From Candidatus Woesearchaeota archaeon (GTDB lineage: Archaea; Nanobdellota; Nanobdellia; SCGC-AAA011-G17; PNOQ01), in contig CAZPJW010000002.1 in assembly GCA_964587005.1 (NCBI GenBank), positions 12,487 through 76,486 on the forward strand: a stretch of DNA of 64,000 bases. Direction: 5' to 3'. Below are positions 17,188 to 27,903 of this stretch, piece after piece. Both the position numbers and the translations under genes were made by a program. The notes below the pieces were generated by a model. The model had not been told where the DNA came from, ran no database searches, and saw only the letters and a list, made by a program, of their open reading frames with translations. Positions within the stretch are counted from its first letter, which is position 1, and each line of letters starts with the position of its first letter.

Positions 17188-20100
17188 ATGGAAATGAGTA
17201 AAGAGATGGAATTATATTTTGGAAAGTTGGATAGTGATGTTAAAACAGATTTTAAAATAGCTGCAGATTGTAGATTAAAAGGATATGATCCTTCTGAAAA
17301 AGTTGAGATTGTATTGGCTAGAAATATGGCTGAGCGAGTAGAGGGACTTATTTCGGTTGTTAACCCGCAGATTGTTGGTAAGGGTATTGCCGATAGAATT
17401 TTAGAATTAGAAGGGAAATTTGGAAAACTAGACTGGCGTGTTGCTCTTACGATTTCTTTAGAAATTGCAAAAGAAAATTTCTGTAAATTTAAGGATAAAA
17501 CCGAGGCGATGGAGGTTGGTGTTAGAGTTGGGTTTGCTTACATTACTTTGGGTGTTGTTTCTAGTCCGTTAGAAGGATTTTTGGGAATTGATATAAGAAA
17601 AAGAAGAGATGGAGGAGAATATTTTGCTTTGAGGTTTGGTGGTCCGATAAGAAGTGCTGGTGGTACCGGTGCATCCGTAGGTGTGTTGATAGCAGATTAC
17701 ATAAGAAAAGAAATGGGTTATAAGAAATATGATCCGACCGAAAATGAAATAAAAAGGGCACATACTGAAGTTAGAGATTTTCATGAAAGAGTTACTAATT
17801 TACAATATTATCCTTCAGAAGAAGAAGTTGAATTTTTAGCTGGAAATTTACCAGTTCAAATAGATGGAGATCCGTCTGAAAAATTCGAAGTTTCAAATTA
17901 TAAGGATTTGGATAGGATTGGAACAAATATTATCAGGAATGGATTTTGTTTAGTTATGGCAGAATGTTTGGCACAAAAGGCACCGAAGGTACTAAAACAA
18001 CTAAGTAACTGGGGGAAAGATTTTGGTTTGGATGATTGGGACTTTATATCTAAATTTGTTGATTTGCAAAAAAAAATTAAAGCAAAAGAGAAGTCTAAGG
18101 AAGATGATTCTGAAGATGGAAAATTAAAACCAGATCATACATTTATCAAAGATCTTGTTGCAGGTAGGCCAGTGATTACCCACCCAATGCGAAGTGGAGG
18201 TTTGAGATTGAGATATGGTAGGGGGAGAAATACGGGTCTTAGTTCAACTGCAATACACCCTACGACGATGAGGGTTTTAGATAATTTTATAGGTGTTGGA
18301 ACGCAGTTAAAAATGGAGAGACCAGGAAAAGGGACGGCATTGGGTGTTTGCGATTCTATTGAGGGACCAATAGTTAGGTTGAAAAATGGAGACGTTTTAT
18401 TTTTAACTGAAAAAAATTATGAAGAAAACAAAGATAAAATTGATGAAATAATTTTTTTAGGAGACATACTAATTCCATATGGGGATTTTTTTAATAGGGC
18501 GCATGTATTAGTTGCTCCAGGTTATTGTGAAGAATGGTGGTTTGAAGATATGAAATCAAAAACGGCCTCTTGTGATGAATTAAGTAAGGGGGTTGATGTT
18601 GATTTACCTTTATTGAAAAAATTATTTCAAAATCCAATAAAAACATATATTTCTGCAAATGATTCATATAACATCTCTAAAAAGCTAGGTATTCCCCTTC
18701 ACCCAAAATATACCTATCATTGGAAAGATATTGATGAAATCAAATTTTTGGCTTTATTGGATTGGTTAAATAAAGCAATTATAAAAAAAGGAGATTATTA
18801 CAAAATTATTTTGCCTCTAACTTATGAATTAAAAGAAAGAAATGTGGAATTGAAGAAAATTTTAGAAGAACTGGGAGTTCCCCACACCATAGTTTCTAAA
18901 GAACATGTTACAATTGAAGGAGATTATGCCATTGGGTTTATGATTTCATTGGGTTTTTATCAAAAAGAGTTAGAGCTTTCTAAATTAGTGAATGCAGTTA
19001 AAGAGGGAAAAGATATACTAAATATATTAAATAAATTTTCTGAATTAGAAATAAAAGATAAATCGGGAGTATATATCGGGGCCAGGATGGGCAGGCCAGA
19101 AAAAGCAAAGATGCGAAAATTAACTGGAAGCCCGCATGGATTGTTTCCAGTTGGGGAAGAGGGCGGGAGATTAAGATCTTTTCAATCAGCAATTGGTGCG
19201 GGAACTGTTACTGCAGAGTTTTTAGATTATCATTGTGATTCATGTAATATTGATAGTGTTTATTCTAGCTGTCATAAATGTGGGAAAAAAATAGAATTGG
19301 TAGAAGGGGGGAATAAACCCTATAGTGTTAGGAGTATTCAGATTAAAGATTATATAGATAATTCTATGGATAAGATTGGATTAAAAGAGTTACCAGGGTT
19401 AGTAAAGGGAGTAAGGGGAACATCTAATGCAGATCATACTGTAGAAAACTTGATTAAGGGTTTTTTGCGGGCAACACATAATATTTATGTTAATAAAGAT
19501 GGGACAGTTAGGTATGATATGACACAATTACCAATAACTCATTTTAAGCCAGGTGAAACTGGAACAGATGTGGAACAATTAAAGAAATTGGGATATTTGA
19601 AAGATATTTATGGTAATGAATTAGTTGATGATAATCAAATTTTAGAAATTAAACCTCAAGATATAATTTTGCCTTCGTGTAGAACTTCTGGTGAAGAGGG
19701 TGCAGACATAGTATTTTTTAGAGTTGCAAAATTCATAGATGATTTATTGAGCAGATTATATGGGCAAGAAAAATTTTATAATTTAAATTCTAAAAAAGAT
19801 TTGGTTGGGCAGTTGGTGATTAGTTTGGCTCCACATACTTCTGCTGGTATAGTTGGGAGAATAATTGGATTTTCTCAAACACAAGGGTGTTATGCACATC
19901 CTCTTTGGCATTCTGCCCAAAGAAGAGATTGTGATGGAGATGAAAATGGAATTATGTTACTTATGGATGGATTATTAAATTTCTCTAGAAAATATTTACC
20001 TGCCCACAGGGGTTCTACCCAAGATGCTTGTTTAGTTTTAACTACAAATTTGGTGCCAAGTGAAGTAGATGATATGGTTTTTGATATGGATATGGCGTGG

Positions 20101-20679
20101 AATTATCCTCTAGAGTTTTATAGGGCCTGCGAAAAAGGAAAGATGCCTTGGGATGTAAAAATAGAACAATTAAATTCTAATCTTGGAAAAGAGAAACAAT
20201 TTGAAAAGTATGGATTTACTCATGATACTACTAGCATAAATCAAGGAGTTATGTGTAGTATGTATAAGTCTCTTCCAACAATGCAAGAGAAAGTTTTAGG
20301 CCAGATGAAATTAGCTGAAGTAATAAGGGCAGTAGATACATCCGATGTTGCTAGGTTGATTATTGAGAAACATTTTATTCGCGATATAAAGGGAAATTTG
20401 AGAAAGTTTAGCATGCAACAATTTAGGTGCGTAGATTGTAATGCAAAATATAGAAGGCCTCCGTTGGTTGGTAATTGTTTGAAGTGTGGGGGGAGAATAA
20501 TTTTTACAATATCTGAAGGGTCTGTTGTAAAATATTTGAAACCCTCTTTGGATTTGGCTGCCAAATATAATCTTCCAGATTATTTGAAACAAACATTGGA
20601 TTTGGTTCAAGGAAGAATTGAGAGTGTTTTTGGCAAAGATCCTGAAAAACAAGAAGGATTGGGAAAATGGTTTGGTTAG
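17188..20679 (+). CDS. polC: DNA polymerase D large subunit DP2
   Basis: GPIRSAGGT, RRDCDGDE catalytic motif, C-terminal Zn finger and PIP box QEGLGKWF. Confidence 0.97.
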   Translation: MEMSKEMELYFGKLDSDVKTDFKIAADCRLKGYDPSEKVEIVLARNMAERVEGLISVVNPQIVGKGIADRILELEGKFGKLDWRVALTISLEIAKENFCKFKDKTEAMEVGVRVGFAYITLGVVSSPLEGFLGIDIRKRRDGGEYFALRFGGPIRSAGGTGASVGVLIADYIRKEMGYKKYDPTENEIKRAHTEVRDFHERVTNLQYYPSEEEVEFLAGNLPVQIDGDPSEKFEVSNYKDLDRIGTNIIRNGFCLVMAECLAQKAPKVLKQLSNWGKDFGLDDWDFISKFVDLQKKIKAKEKSKEDDSEDGKLKPDHTFIKDLVAGRPVITHPMRSGGLRLRYGRGRNTGLSSTAIHPTTMRVLDNFIGVGTQLKMERPGKGTALGVCDSIEGPIVRLKNGDVLFLTEKNYEENKDKIDEIIFLGDILIPYGDFFNRAHVLVAPGYCEEWWFEDMKSKTASCDELSKGVDVDLPLLKKLFQNPIKTYISANDSYNISKKLGIPLHPKYTYHWKDIDEIKFLALLDWLNKAIIKKGDYYKIILPLTYELKERNVELKKILEELGVPHTIVSKEHVTIEGDYAIGFMISLGFYQKELELSKLVNAVKEGKDILNILNKFSELEIKDKSGVYIGARMGRPEKAKMRKLTGSPHGLFPVGEEGGRLRSFQSAIGAGTVTAEFLDYHCDSCNIDSVYSSCHKCGKKIELVEGGNKPYSVRSIQIKDYIDNSMDKIGLKELPGLVKGVRGTSNADHTVENLIKGFLRATHNIYVNKDGTVRYDMTQLPITHFKPGETGTDVEQLKKLGYLKDIYGNELVDDNQILEIKPQDIILPSCRTSGEEGADIVFFRVAKFIDDLLSRLYGQEKFYNLNSKKDLVGQLVISLAPHTSAGIVGRIIGFSQTQGCYAHPLWHSAQRRDCDGDENGIMLLMDGLLNFSRKYLPAHRGSTQDACLVLTTNLVPSEVDDMVFDMDMAWNYPLEFYRACEKGKMPWDVKIEQLNSNLGKEKQFEKYGFTHDTTSINQGVMCSMYKSLPTMQEKVLGQMKLAEVIRAVDTSDVARLIIEKHFIRDIKGNLRKFSMQQFRCVDCNAKYRRPPLVGNCLKCGGRIIFTISEGSVVKYLKPSLDLAAKYNLPDYLKQTLDLVQGRIESVFGKDPEKQEGLGKWFG

Positions 20680-20680
20680 A

Positions 20681-21892
20681 TTATAATATAAAATATAAAA
20701 TAACTGGTAATAACAAACAACCCATTAAGTGATTTCTTCCAATTCCTAGTTTTGCTGGGAGTATTCCCGTGAATGTTGAGACTGTTAGAATTAATAATCC
20801 TAAGAAATTGCTTGATAAGAAGAAAACCATTAGGATGATAAGAAGTATTATTGAAACTACCAATTTTCTGTAATTTATTTTTGAAAACAATTTTGAAAAA
20901 ACTTTTGTTATATTTATTGTTAAGAAAACTGCTATTCCTCCTGCTATTAGTGTTGATGCCAAAAATATTATTGTGTCCTGGAATGTTACTGTTCCCATTA
21001 TTTTTGAAACTGCGACTATTGCCCCATTTCTAGCTTTATCTAATAAAAATAAGGCAATCAATGATAGTACCATATTTATTGTGTTAAGCCCACCAATTAA
21101 AATTAAAAATCCTTCATTCGTAATTTTTTTATAAAATTCTGATCCCAAAATTGCGGCTTGAGCGGGACCAAGCCCTGGAAGAAATGAGCATAAACTTCCT
21201 GCTACCATTGATGAACCCATTGTTTTTGCCAATTCTAATTTTTTTATTTTTGGGAAACTTATTTTTTGCAAAGGTATTTTTGTTTTGTCTGACAAACTTA
21301 TTATCAGGGTGCTTGTTCCGAATAAACCAGATAGTAAAGGAAATAGGGGATTTTCTAAATTTGGTAAGTTTAATGTTGCTATCCCTAAGACTCCAGATAA
21401 AAGGAATATTATTAGTGGCCATAGGAATGTTTTGCCTTTTTTCTCACGATGTATTAAAAAAAGAGATGCAGCGATTAAAATATATGCCATAAATTTTTGT
21501 AAATGAGGATAGATTTGTTCTATTAATGCACCTATCGGAAAAGCTAAAGCAATAGTTATTATCAAAGCAAAGAAACTACCTATTAATGTTAGCATTACTG
21601 CTTCATATCCTTTTCCTTCTAATAACATTTTGTGCCCTGGCAAAACAGATAATGCGGTTTCTGCTTCCGGGGCACCAAGAAAGATAGAAGGAATTGTATC
21701 TAAAAATGTGTGGGTTATTGCCATAGATATTATGAATATAGAAATAATTAATGGAGAGGTTATTTCTAAAAGGAGAACCGAAAAACTTAATACAATTAAA
21801 CTAACAAGATTGATATGAATTCCAGGTATTAAACCAGTTACTATTCCAAATAAACAACCAATTAATATTGCTATGAATATTTCTAGAGTCAT
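20681..21892 (-). CDS. TctA-family (tripartite tricarboxylate transporter-like) membrane protein
   Basis: GLIPGIHIN, PSIFLGAP, LPGH motifs; many TM helices. Confidence 0.85.
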   Translation of the reverse strand: MTLEIFIAILIGCLFGIVTGLIPGIHINLVSLIVLSFSVLLLEITSPLIISIFIISMAITHTFLDTIPSIFLGAPEAETALSVLPGHKMLLEGKGYEAVMLTLIGSFFALIITIALAFPIGALIEQIYPHLQKFMAYILIAASLFLIHREKKGKTFLWPLIIFLLSGVLGIATLNLPNLENPLFPLLSGLFGTSTLIISLSDKTKIPLQKISFPKIKKLELAKTMGSSMVAGSLCSFLPGLGPAQAAILGSEFYKKITNEGFLILIGGLNTINMVLSLIALFLLDKARNGAIVAVSKIMGTVTFQDTIIFLASTLIAGGIAVFLTINITKVFSKLFSKINYRKLVVSIILLIILMVFFLSSNFLGLLILTVSTFTGILPAKLGIGRNHLMGCLLLPVILYFIL

Positions 21893-22278
21893 TTTGATTT
21901 TATTTCATCTGCACTTATTTCTAAATTTCCTTGATAACTTATTATGGTTCCTTCTATCTCCACTATTTGATAATTTTTGAGTGGTATATTTTCAGGTGTT
22001 TGAAATAGATTTAGTGGGAAAATTTTTGTTTCGTTATTTTTAAATATAATGGCCGTAATTGTTCCAGTTTCATCTTTTATGTTTGCTATTATTATTTCTG
22101 GAGTATCTACTACGTTTGTTATTTCTCCATTAATTTTTATTTTTTGGTCGATTTTATCTTCATTTATATCAGAAATTTTTGTTATGGGGAGGGTAGTTGA
22201 TTCAGATATGAATAATATTGTGAAAACGCCTAAAACAGAAAAAATGAGAGATATTTTTAATAAGAGGTTTTCGTCCAT
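21889..22278 (-). CDS. Membrane-anchored OB-fold protein
   Basis: N-terminal TM; IKDETGTI...VEIEG...YQGNLEI. Confidence 0.7.
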   Translation of the reverse strand: MDENLLLKISLIFSVLGVFTILFISESTTLPITKISDINEDKIDQKIKINGEITNVVDTPEIIIANIKDETGTITAIIFKNNETKIFPLNLFQTPENIPLKNYQIVEIEGTIISYQGNLEISADEIKSK

Positions 22279-22365
22279 AAAATAGGGAATGAGGTAGGTT
22301 TATTAATTTTTTTGGTTTGAAAAAGTAATGTTTATATATACTTGACAGTTTTCTTTTTTAGCCAA

Positions 22366-23478
22366 ATGATATCCATTGGTAAAAAAGAAGGAGATATATC
22401 TAATTATCTTTCTGAAGAAAATAGAAAGCTAAGGGACACTTTATCTAAATTAAAGAGAGAAATCGATTTAATGAAAGAACCGCCCCTTCTAGTTTGTGAT
22501 GTTTTGAAGATTGTTGAAAAGAAAGCAATAGTTAGATTACCAAATGGAAGCCATTTTTTTGTTAATGTCTCTCCCCTTTTATATGATAAACTTCAGCCAG
22601 GAGATAGAGTTTTGGCTGAGCAGAAGTCTTTGGTTTTAGTTGATAGAATGGATAAATCAAAAAATCATTCGGTTGAGAATTTTTTAATTATTGAGAAGCC
22701 AAATGTCTCTTGGAATGACATTGGGGGACTTAGAAGCCAAGTTAGGGAAATTAAAGAAGTTATTGAGCTCCCGTTGAGCAAACCAGGATTATTTAGGAAA
22801 ATTGGTATCTCTCCACCAAAGGGAATTTTGTTACATGGGCCAAGTGGGACGGGGAAAACCTTGTTAGCTAGAGCTGTTGCTGCAAGTACAAATTCTACTT
22901 TTATTGAAATAGTGGGCTCTGAATTAGTTCAGAAATTTATTGGAGAGGGAGCTAAATTGGTAAAAGATATTTTCAGTTTGGCAAGAGAGAAAGCCCCTTC
23001 TGTTATTTTTATTGACGAGATGGATGCCATTGCGTCTGAAAGAGTGGATATTGGAACTTCTGGTGAGAGAGAAGTTCAAAGAACATTTATGCAATTATTA
23101 AGTGAAATTGATGGATTTAAACACTTGGATAATGTAAAGATTATTGGTGCTACAAACAGAAAAGACATTTTAGATCAGGCAATTTTAAGGCCAGGTAGAT
23201 TGGATCGTTTGATAGAAGTGCCTTATCCTCAACTTGAAGAAAGGAGAGAAATTTTTAATATTCATACAAGGGAAATGAATTTAGAAAAAATAGATTTAGA
23301 TGAGCTGTCTAAAATAACTGAAGGATTTTCTGGGGCAGAGATAAGATCCGTTTGTACAGAAGCAGGGTATTTTGCTATCCGAGCAAAAAGATTAAATGTT
23401 TTATATTCTGATTTTTTGAGAGCAGTTGATAAAATTAAAAAAGAGGAGGATAAACGGTATAAAAATATGTTTGGATAA
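22366..23478 (+). CDS. pan: Proteasome-activating nucleotidase
   Basis: Coiled coil + OB; PPKGILLHGPSGTGKT, FIDEMD, RPGRLDR. Confidence 0.92.
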   Translation: MISIGKKEGDISNYLSEENRKLRDTLSKLKREIDLMKEPPLLVCDVLKIVEKKAIVRLPNGSHFFVNVSPLLYDKLQPGDRVLAEQKSLVLVDRMDKSKNHSVENFLIIEKPNVSWNDIGGLRSQVREIKEVIELPLSKPGLFRKIGISPPKGILLHGPSGTGKTLLARAVAASTNSTFIEIVGSELVQKFIGEGAKLVKDIFSLAREKAPSVIFIDEMDAIASERVDIGTSGEREVQRTFMQLLSEIDGFKHLDNVKIIGATNRKDILDQAILRPGRLDRLIEVPYPQLEERREIFNIHTREMNLEKIDLDELSKITEGFSGAEIRSVCTEAGYFAIRAKRLNVLYSDFLRAVDKIKKEEDKRYKNMFG

Positions 23479-23480
23479 AA

Positions 23481-23585
23481 ATGAATGATGCATTAACATT
23501 TATACTTTCGATTGTTAGTTTGTTAGTTTTATATTGGATATTTTTTGGAGAAAAAAGAATGAAAAATAAGATGGAAGGAAAATGA
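23481..23585 (+). CDS. 34-aa single-TM microprotein
   Basis: Manual translation MNDALTFILSIVSLLVLYWIFFGEKRMKNKMEGK; fills the pan-thpR gap with an ATGA overlap. Confidence 0.6.
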   Translation: MNDALTFILSIVSLLVLYWIFFGEKRMKNKMEGK

Positions 23586-24118
23586 GAATATTTATTGCTT
23601 TAGCTATTCCAGATATTGTAAAAGATAATTTATTTGAAATTCAAAAGCATGTTCCTTCTAATCTTGCAAAAATTAAATGGGTTCCAAAAAAGAACCTTCA
23701 TATTACTTTAAAATTTCTTGGAAACATTGATGAACAGAAATTAGAAGAAATTAAGAGTCGATTGGTAAATATTAGATTTGATTCTTCTAAACTAAGATTC
23801 AAGAGTATTGGAGTTTTTAACAAAGAAGGAAAGCCCAATATTATTAGATTAGATTTTTATGATAATAAAACTATTGAAGAGCTATACCTGAAAATAGATG
23901 AGGCATTATTGGACTTATTTCCTTCAAATCAGAAGTTTACGTTACATGTTACTTTTGGAAGAATAAAAAATATTAAAAGAAAAAAAGAACTTTTGGATAG
24001 AATTGAATCGTTTGAGTTTTTTAAGGAAGAGTTTATGGTTGAAGGATTTAATATTATGCATAGTATTCCGGTTAAAGGAACCCATATCTATAAACTTGTT
24101 GAAAAGTTTAAAGCATAA
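23582..24118 (+). CDS. thpR: RNA 2',3'-cyclic phosphodiesterase (2H family)
   Basis: MRIFIAL, HITLKFLG and HVTF 2H motifs. Confidence 0.88.
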   Translation: MRIFIALAIPDIVKDNLFEIQKHVPSNLAKIKWVPKKNLHITLKFLGNIDEQKLEEIKSRLVNIRFDSSKLRFKSIGVFNKEGKPNIIRLDFYDNKTIEELYLKIDEALLDLFPSNQKFTLHVTFGRIKNIKRKKELLDRIESFEFFKEEFMVEGFNIMHSIPVKGTHIYKLVEKFKA

Positions 24119-24134
24119 GTTTTATTAACTTATT

Positions 24135-25352
24135 ATGGTTTTTTTAAATATGTTTGACCCAGATATGAGTGAGGAACATAATTATCGGTGGTGGCCTTTA
24201 ATATTATTTAGTGTGATTGTTATAGGTGTATTTATCTTTCTTTTTATAGGTGGTGGAAAAAATATTGAGTTGCCTTTATCTCCTTCTACCGGGTGTGTTG
24301 TGATGCAAGATAGGGGAAAATATAACGATAGTATTAATATTGTATTTTTGGGAACAGGATATGAAGATGTTGTAGAATTTAGGGCGGATAGTGAGAAGTT
24401 TATGAGTAGTTTCTTGAATGTTGCCCCCCATAATTTGTATAGGGACAGATTTAATTTTTTTAGAATTGAGGCGTTTGACGATTTTGGATGTAGTTATGAT
24501 GATGCTATAATTTGTAATCCTCAGCTTGTTCAACAAGAAGCCATTAAATGCCCCGGGCAGGATGTTAATGTCGTATTGACCAACAGGGGGAAAACTGAAG
24601 ATTTCTTTAGTCATCTAAGATCTTCGGCATGGTTAAACCTAGCTTCAATTAATTCTGCAGATGATCCATTAGTTTTGGTTCATGAGATAGGACATATTGG
24701 ATACAACTTTGCTGATGAATATGTATATGGAGGAGACATTACGTGGGATGCTCCTAATTGTGATCCTGAAAAACTTTCTTGCCCGATGTTTTCAGATGTT
24801 GATGGTTCTGAATGCATTGTGGGTTGCGTAAATCAAGAATATGCTAGATCTGTGTATTATGGCATTATGAGTAATTATTGGAAAAGCCCAAAATTCGGTA
24901 ATTATGATGAATGGTGGATTGAGAATTATCTTCTTGAGAATACCAAAGGTGGAGGAGAACATGAGTTTGGCGGTGATCCAAATGAAGGACCAACAGATGT
25001 TTATGTTGTAAAAGGAGAATGTACAACGGATGGAGAATGTACAATTGAGGAAGTAGTTATGAGCCCTTCAAGATATACAACTAGCTCAAAACTTATAAAT
25101 TCAGATATTGAAATAAAACACGGAGATAGTGTAATTAAGGTGCCCCGTAGTGGTTTGTTGTTTAAGGATTTTGGAGATTCTGGGAGTGTTGAGTTAAGAC
25201 CATATGATTTTTTGATTGCAATTCCTGTTGATCCAGATGAGAATGAAATAGTTTTGTTGGATAAGGGAAATGTTAAAAGTAGATATATAATTGAAAAGGA
25301 TGATTTGCAGTTGGGCGGTTCTAAAATAGTTGGAATACCTAGAGTAAGTTAA
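24135..25352 (+). CDS. Membrane-anchored zinc metallopeptidase, M64-like
   Basis: INIVFLGTGY, PHNLYRDRFNF, HEIGH...ADEY. Confidence 0.75.
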   Translation: MVFLNMFDPDMSEEHNYRWWPLILFSVIVIGVFIFLFIGGGKNIELPLSPSTGCVVMQDRGKYNDSINIVFLGTGYEDVVEFRADSEKFMSSFLNVAPHNLYRDRFNFFRIEAFDDFGCSYDDAIICNPQLVQQEAIKCPGQDVNVVLTNRGKTEDFFSHLRSSAWLNLASINSADDPLVLVHEIGHIGYNFADEYVYGGDITWDAPNCDPEKLSCPMFSDVDGSECIVGCVNQEYARSVYYGIMSNYWKSPKFGNYDEWWIENYLLENTKGGGEHEFGGDPNEGPTDVYVVKGECTTDGECTIEEVVMSPSRYTTSSKLINSDIEIKHGDSVIKVPRSGLLFKDFGDSGSVELRPYDFLIAIPVDPDENEIVLLDKGNVKSRYIIEKDDLQLGGSKIVGIPRVS

Positions 25353-27541
25353 TTTTCTGAGTAGTTTTCATCTAGAATATTTTGTATGTCTTTTGCTTTT
25401 TTTGTCCCTATTTTTTCGATTTTTTCTAGGTTTTCTTTTTTTGAATTGACAATTTTTTTTATTGTTTTAAACTCTCTTAGTAATGCCCTTGCTAATGATG
25501 GGCCCACTCCAGGGAAGGATTCTATTATGAATTCTTGTTGTTCTTTTGTGGTCATGGGAGTTTTATCTGTTCTTATTGAAATTTCTTTATCTGTTGATTT
25601 TTGTTCTTTTGTTGCAATTGATTTTACTAATTCTGCTGTGTCTTGAGAATCTTTTGTTCTTATTAAGGGTATTTTGAATGCAGTAACAATTGTGGCAAGC
25701 ATACCTCTTATTGCATTTGGATGGATATTTCTAACAGAATAGATATCTTCTTCGCCTTCCAGTATAATTAATGGAACTTCGAAATTATTTTTTAGATCTT
25801 TTATTTGTGTAAAAATTCTTTTATCAATTATTGAGTTAACAAAGTCAGGTATTGTCTTTCTTTCGATTCCAACTCTGTCAGAGGCAATTATGTCTGCAGT
25901 TGCCAATGTTTTTACTTCTACATTCATTCCTAACTCTATTAAGTTTTTAGAAAGATTTGTACCTCTTTCTCTGGTGTCAATTATTACTTTTGGTGAAGTT
26001 CTTTCTTCTATATAATTGTTCAAAGTTACTTCTTTTTTATTTATTGGGATTTTATCTTTTAGCTTTAATAACAGAGAGTGCATTCTCTTCTCTTTATTTA
26101 CTGAAACCCAATGGTATGCTTCGTCTCGAGTATTTTTTGTCATTAATACCATTGATTTCCCAGATTTGTGTCTGGCAGTTCTTCCTCTTCTTTGAATACT
26201 TCTTATTGCAGAGGGGATCGGCTCGTAAAAAACAACTAACTCTACATTAGGGATGTCTAGCCCCTCTTCACCTATTGATGTTGAAATTATGCAGTTGTAT
26301 ATACTTGATTCAAAATCCTTTATGATATTTATTTGTTCTTTTTGTGTAAGGCCAACGCCTTTCTTTTTTAGTTGGCCTACAAATAATTTTGCATTTATTT
26401 CTTTTAATTTGTTTAATTCTGTTTCTATTTCTTGGGCTGAATCTCTATATTGATTGAATATCATGATTTTAGAATTAGCATTTTTTTTGAGTTCTTCTAG
26501 TACTATTTCTTTTAATTTAATTAATTTAGGATGAAGCACATTGTCTTTCTTTAATTGTTTTGTTTTTATAAATGCAGATTTTACATTTAGGTCCGATATT
26601 ATATTCTGGAGCGATTTTGTTTTATTTTTTGTGTCTGTGAACAATCCCCTTAGATATTCATTTAGTGGAGTGACTCCTTGGGTTTCTAAAAGTTCTATTG
26701 CATGATTTAGCTTTATGGCTTCAGCAGATGTTGAAATTCCCTTGAATATGGCAAAATCTTTTTCTCCTCTTGCTATCATCCCTTGTAGGGAACCTTGCAT
26801 TGAAAGTAAATCTCTTTTAGTATAACTTTTTGATTTTAGAAAACCCATTTCTGAAAGGGAATTTATTCTTTGTTTTAGTGCATTATCTAAAAAATCTTTT
26901 ATTTCCTTGAACTTTTGTGGAAAATTTACCTTTACCCAATCTATTTCTATTTTTTGGATGTATGGGCTAACATCCGGATCATTTTCAGTTCTAACTTCTA
27001 TATTTTTTATGTATAAATTCTTTATTATTTCTGTAATTGTTTCTTTATCTGATCCTGGAGAAGCAGTCAAACCAACTATCCTTTCAAATTTTGAATTTTT
27101 ATGATATTGTTTTACTATCCAAGAATATGCATAGTCTTTCACTGCCCGGTGTGCTTCGTCAATAACTAATAGTGATACATTTGAGTAATCTATTGTGTTG
27201 TTTATTATATCATTTTCAATTGTTTGAGGTGTACTGATTACTATTTTTGATTCTTTCCACAATTCTGCTCTTTTTTTTGGAGGCACGGCCCCAGTAAATA
27301 AATTTATTTCAGCTATGCTAGTTTCTTTTTGGAATTCCTTGTATATTTGGTTAGCAAGGGGTTTTGTTGGTGTTAGAAATAGAATTTTTGAGTTGGGATG
27401 AATATTTAATCTGTCTATTGCGGATAATATTGCTACCTTTGTTTTCCCCATTCCGGTGGGCAAGACTACTAGAGTATTATCTTTTTTGCAACTATCTAAA
27501 ATTGTTTCTTGGTATAGTCTTGGTTGGAAATTTATCTTCAT
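25349..27541 (-). CDS. hef: Hef (FANCM-like) helicase-ERCC4 nuclease
   Basis: LPTGMGKT, DEAH, TASPG, QRRGRTAR, ERKT nuclease motif, HhH. Confidence 0.92.
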   Translation of the reverse strand: MKINFQPRLYQETILDSCKKDNTLVVLPTGMGKTKVAILSAIDRLNIHPNSKILFLTPTKPLANQIYKEFQKETSIAEINLFTGAVPPKKRAELWKESKIVISTPQTIENDIINNTIDYSNVSLLVIDEAHRAVKDYAYSWIVKQYHKNSKFERIVGLTASPGSDKETITEIIKNLYIKNIEVRTENDPDVSPYIQKIEIDWVKVNFPQKFKEIKDFLDNALKQRINSLSEMGFLKSKSYTKRDLLSMQGSLQGMIARGEKDFAIFKGISTSAEAIKLNHAIELLETQGVTPLNEYLRGLFTDTKNKTKSLQNIISDLNVKSAFIKTKQLKKDNVLHPKLIKLKEIVLEELKKNANSKIMIFNQYRDSAQEIETELNKLKEINAKLFVGQLKKKGVGLTQKEQINIIKDFESSIYNCIISTSIGEEGLDIPNVELVVFYEPIPSAIRSIQRRGRTARHKSGKSMVLMTKNTRDEAYHWVSVNKEKRMHSLLLKLKDKIPINKKEVTLNNYIEERTSPKVIIDTRERGTNLSKNLIELGMNVEVKTLATADIIASDRVGIERKTIPDFVNSIIDKRIFTQIKDLKNNFEVPLIILEGEEDIYSVRNIHPNAIRGMLATIVTAFKIPLIRTKDSQDTAELVKSIATKEQKSTDKEISIRTDKTPMTTKEQQEFIIESFPGVGPSLARALLREFKTIKKIVNSKKENLEKIEKIGTKKAKDIQNILDENYSEN

Positions 27542-27627
27542 TTATCTGGAATATTTGTTTTGTTTATAAATTGTTTTCTTGTACGTGACAAGATAATTTT
27601 ATAAAATATATTTAACTTGGCCTTTTT

Positions 27628-27903
27628 ATGATTGTTAAAATATTATCTTTGATAGATTTATTATTTGGATTGAATTTAATTTTATATGTTCAAAATGGTT
27701 TTTTTGAGAGTGGATTAGTTGTTTTATTGTTATTATCAATATTGAAAGCAGTATTTACAATTAAAGATTTTTTTAGTAAAATTGATTTGCTGCTTTCGAT
27801 TATCGCAGCATTTTCTTTTTTTGGATTGGGAGGAATTGTAATTTGGTTTATTGCTGGCTGGTTTTTTATAAAAGGATTGTTTGGATTAGTTAGTTCTGTA
27901 TAA
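27628..27903 (+). CDS. Small membrane protein
   Basis: Hydrophobic 91-aa ORF. Confidence 0.6.
   Translation: MIVKILSLIDLLFGLNLILYVQNGFFESGLVVLLLLSILKAVFTIKDFFSKIDLLLSIIAAFSFFGLGGIVIWFIAGWFFIKGLFGLVSSV

Noticed and set aside
14494..20679. Inteins in Cdc6 or PolD
   Set aside because: Lengths are normal and no intein splice or LAGLIDADG motifs are seen; the same holds for RadA and LonB.
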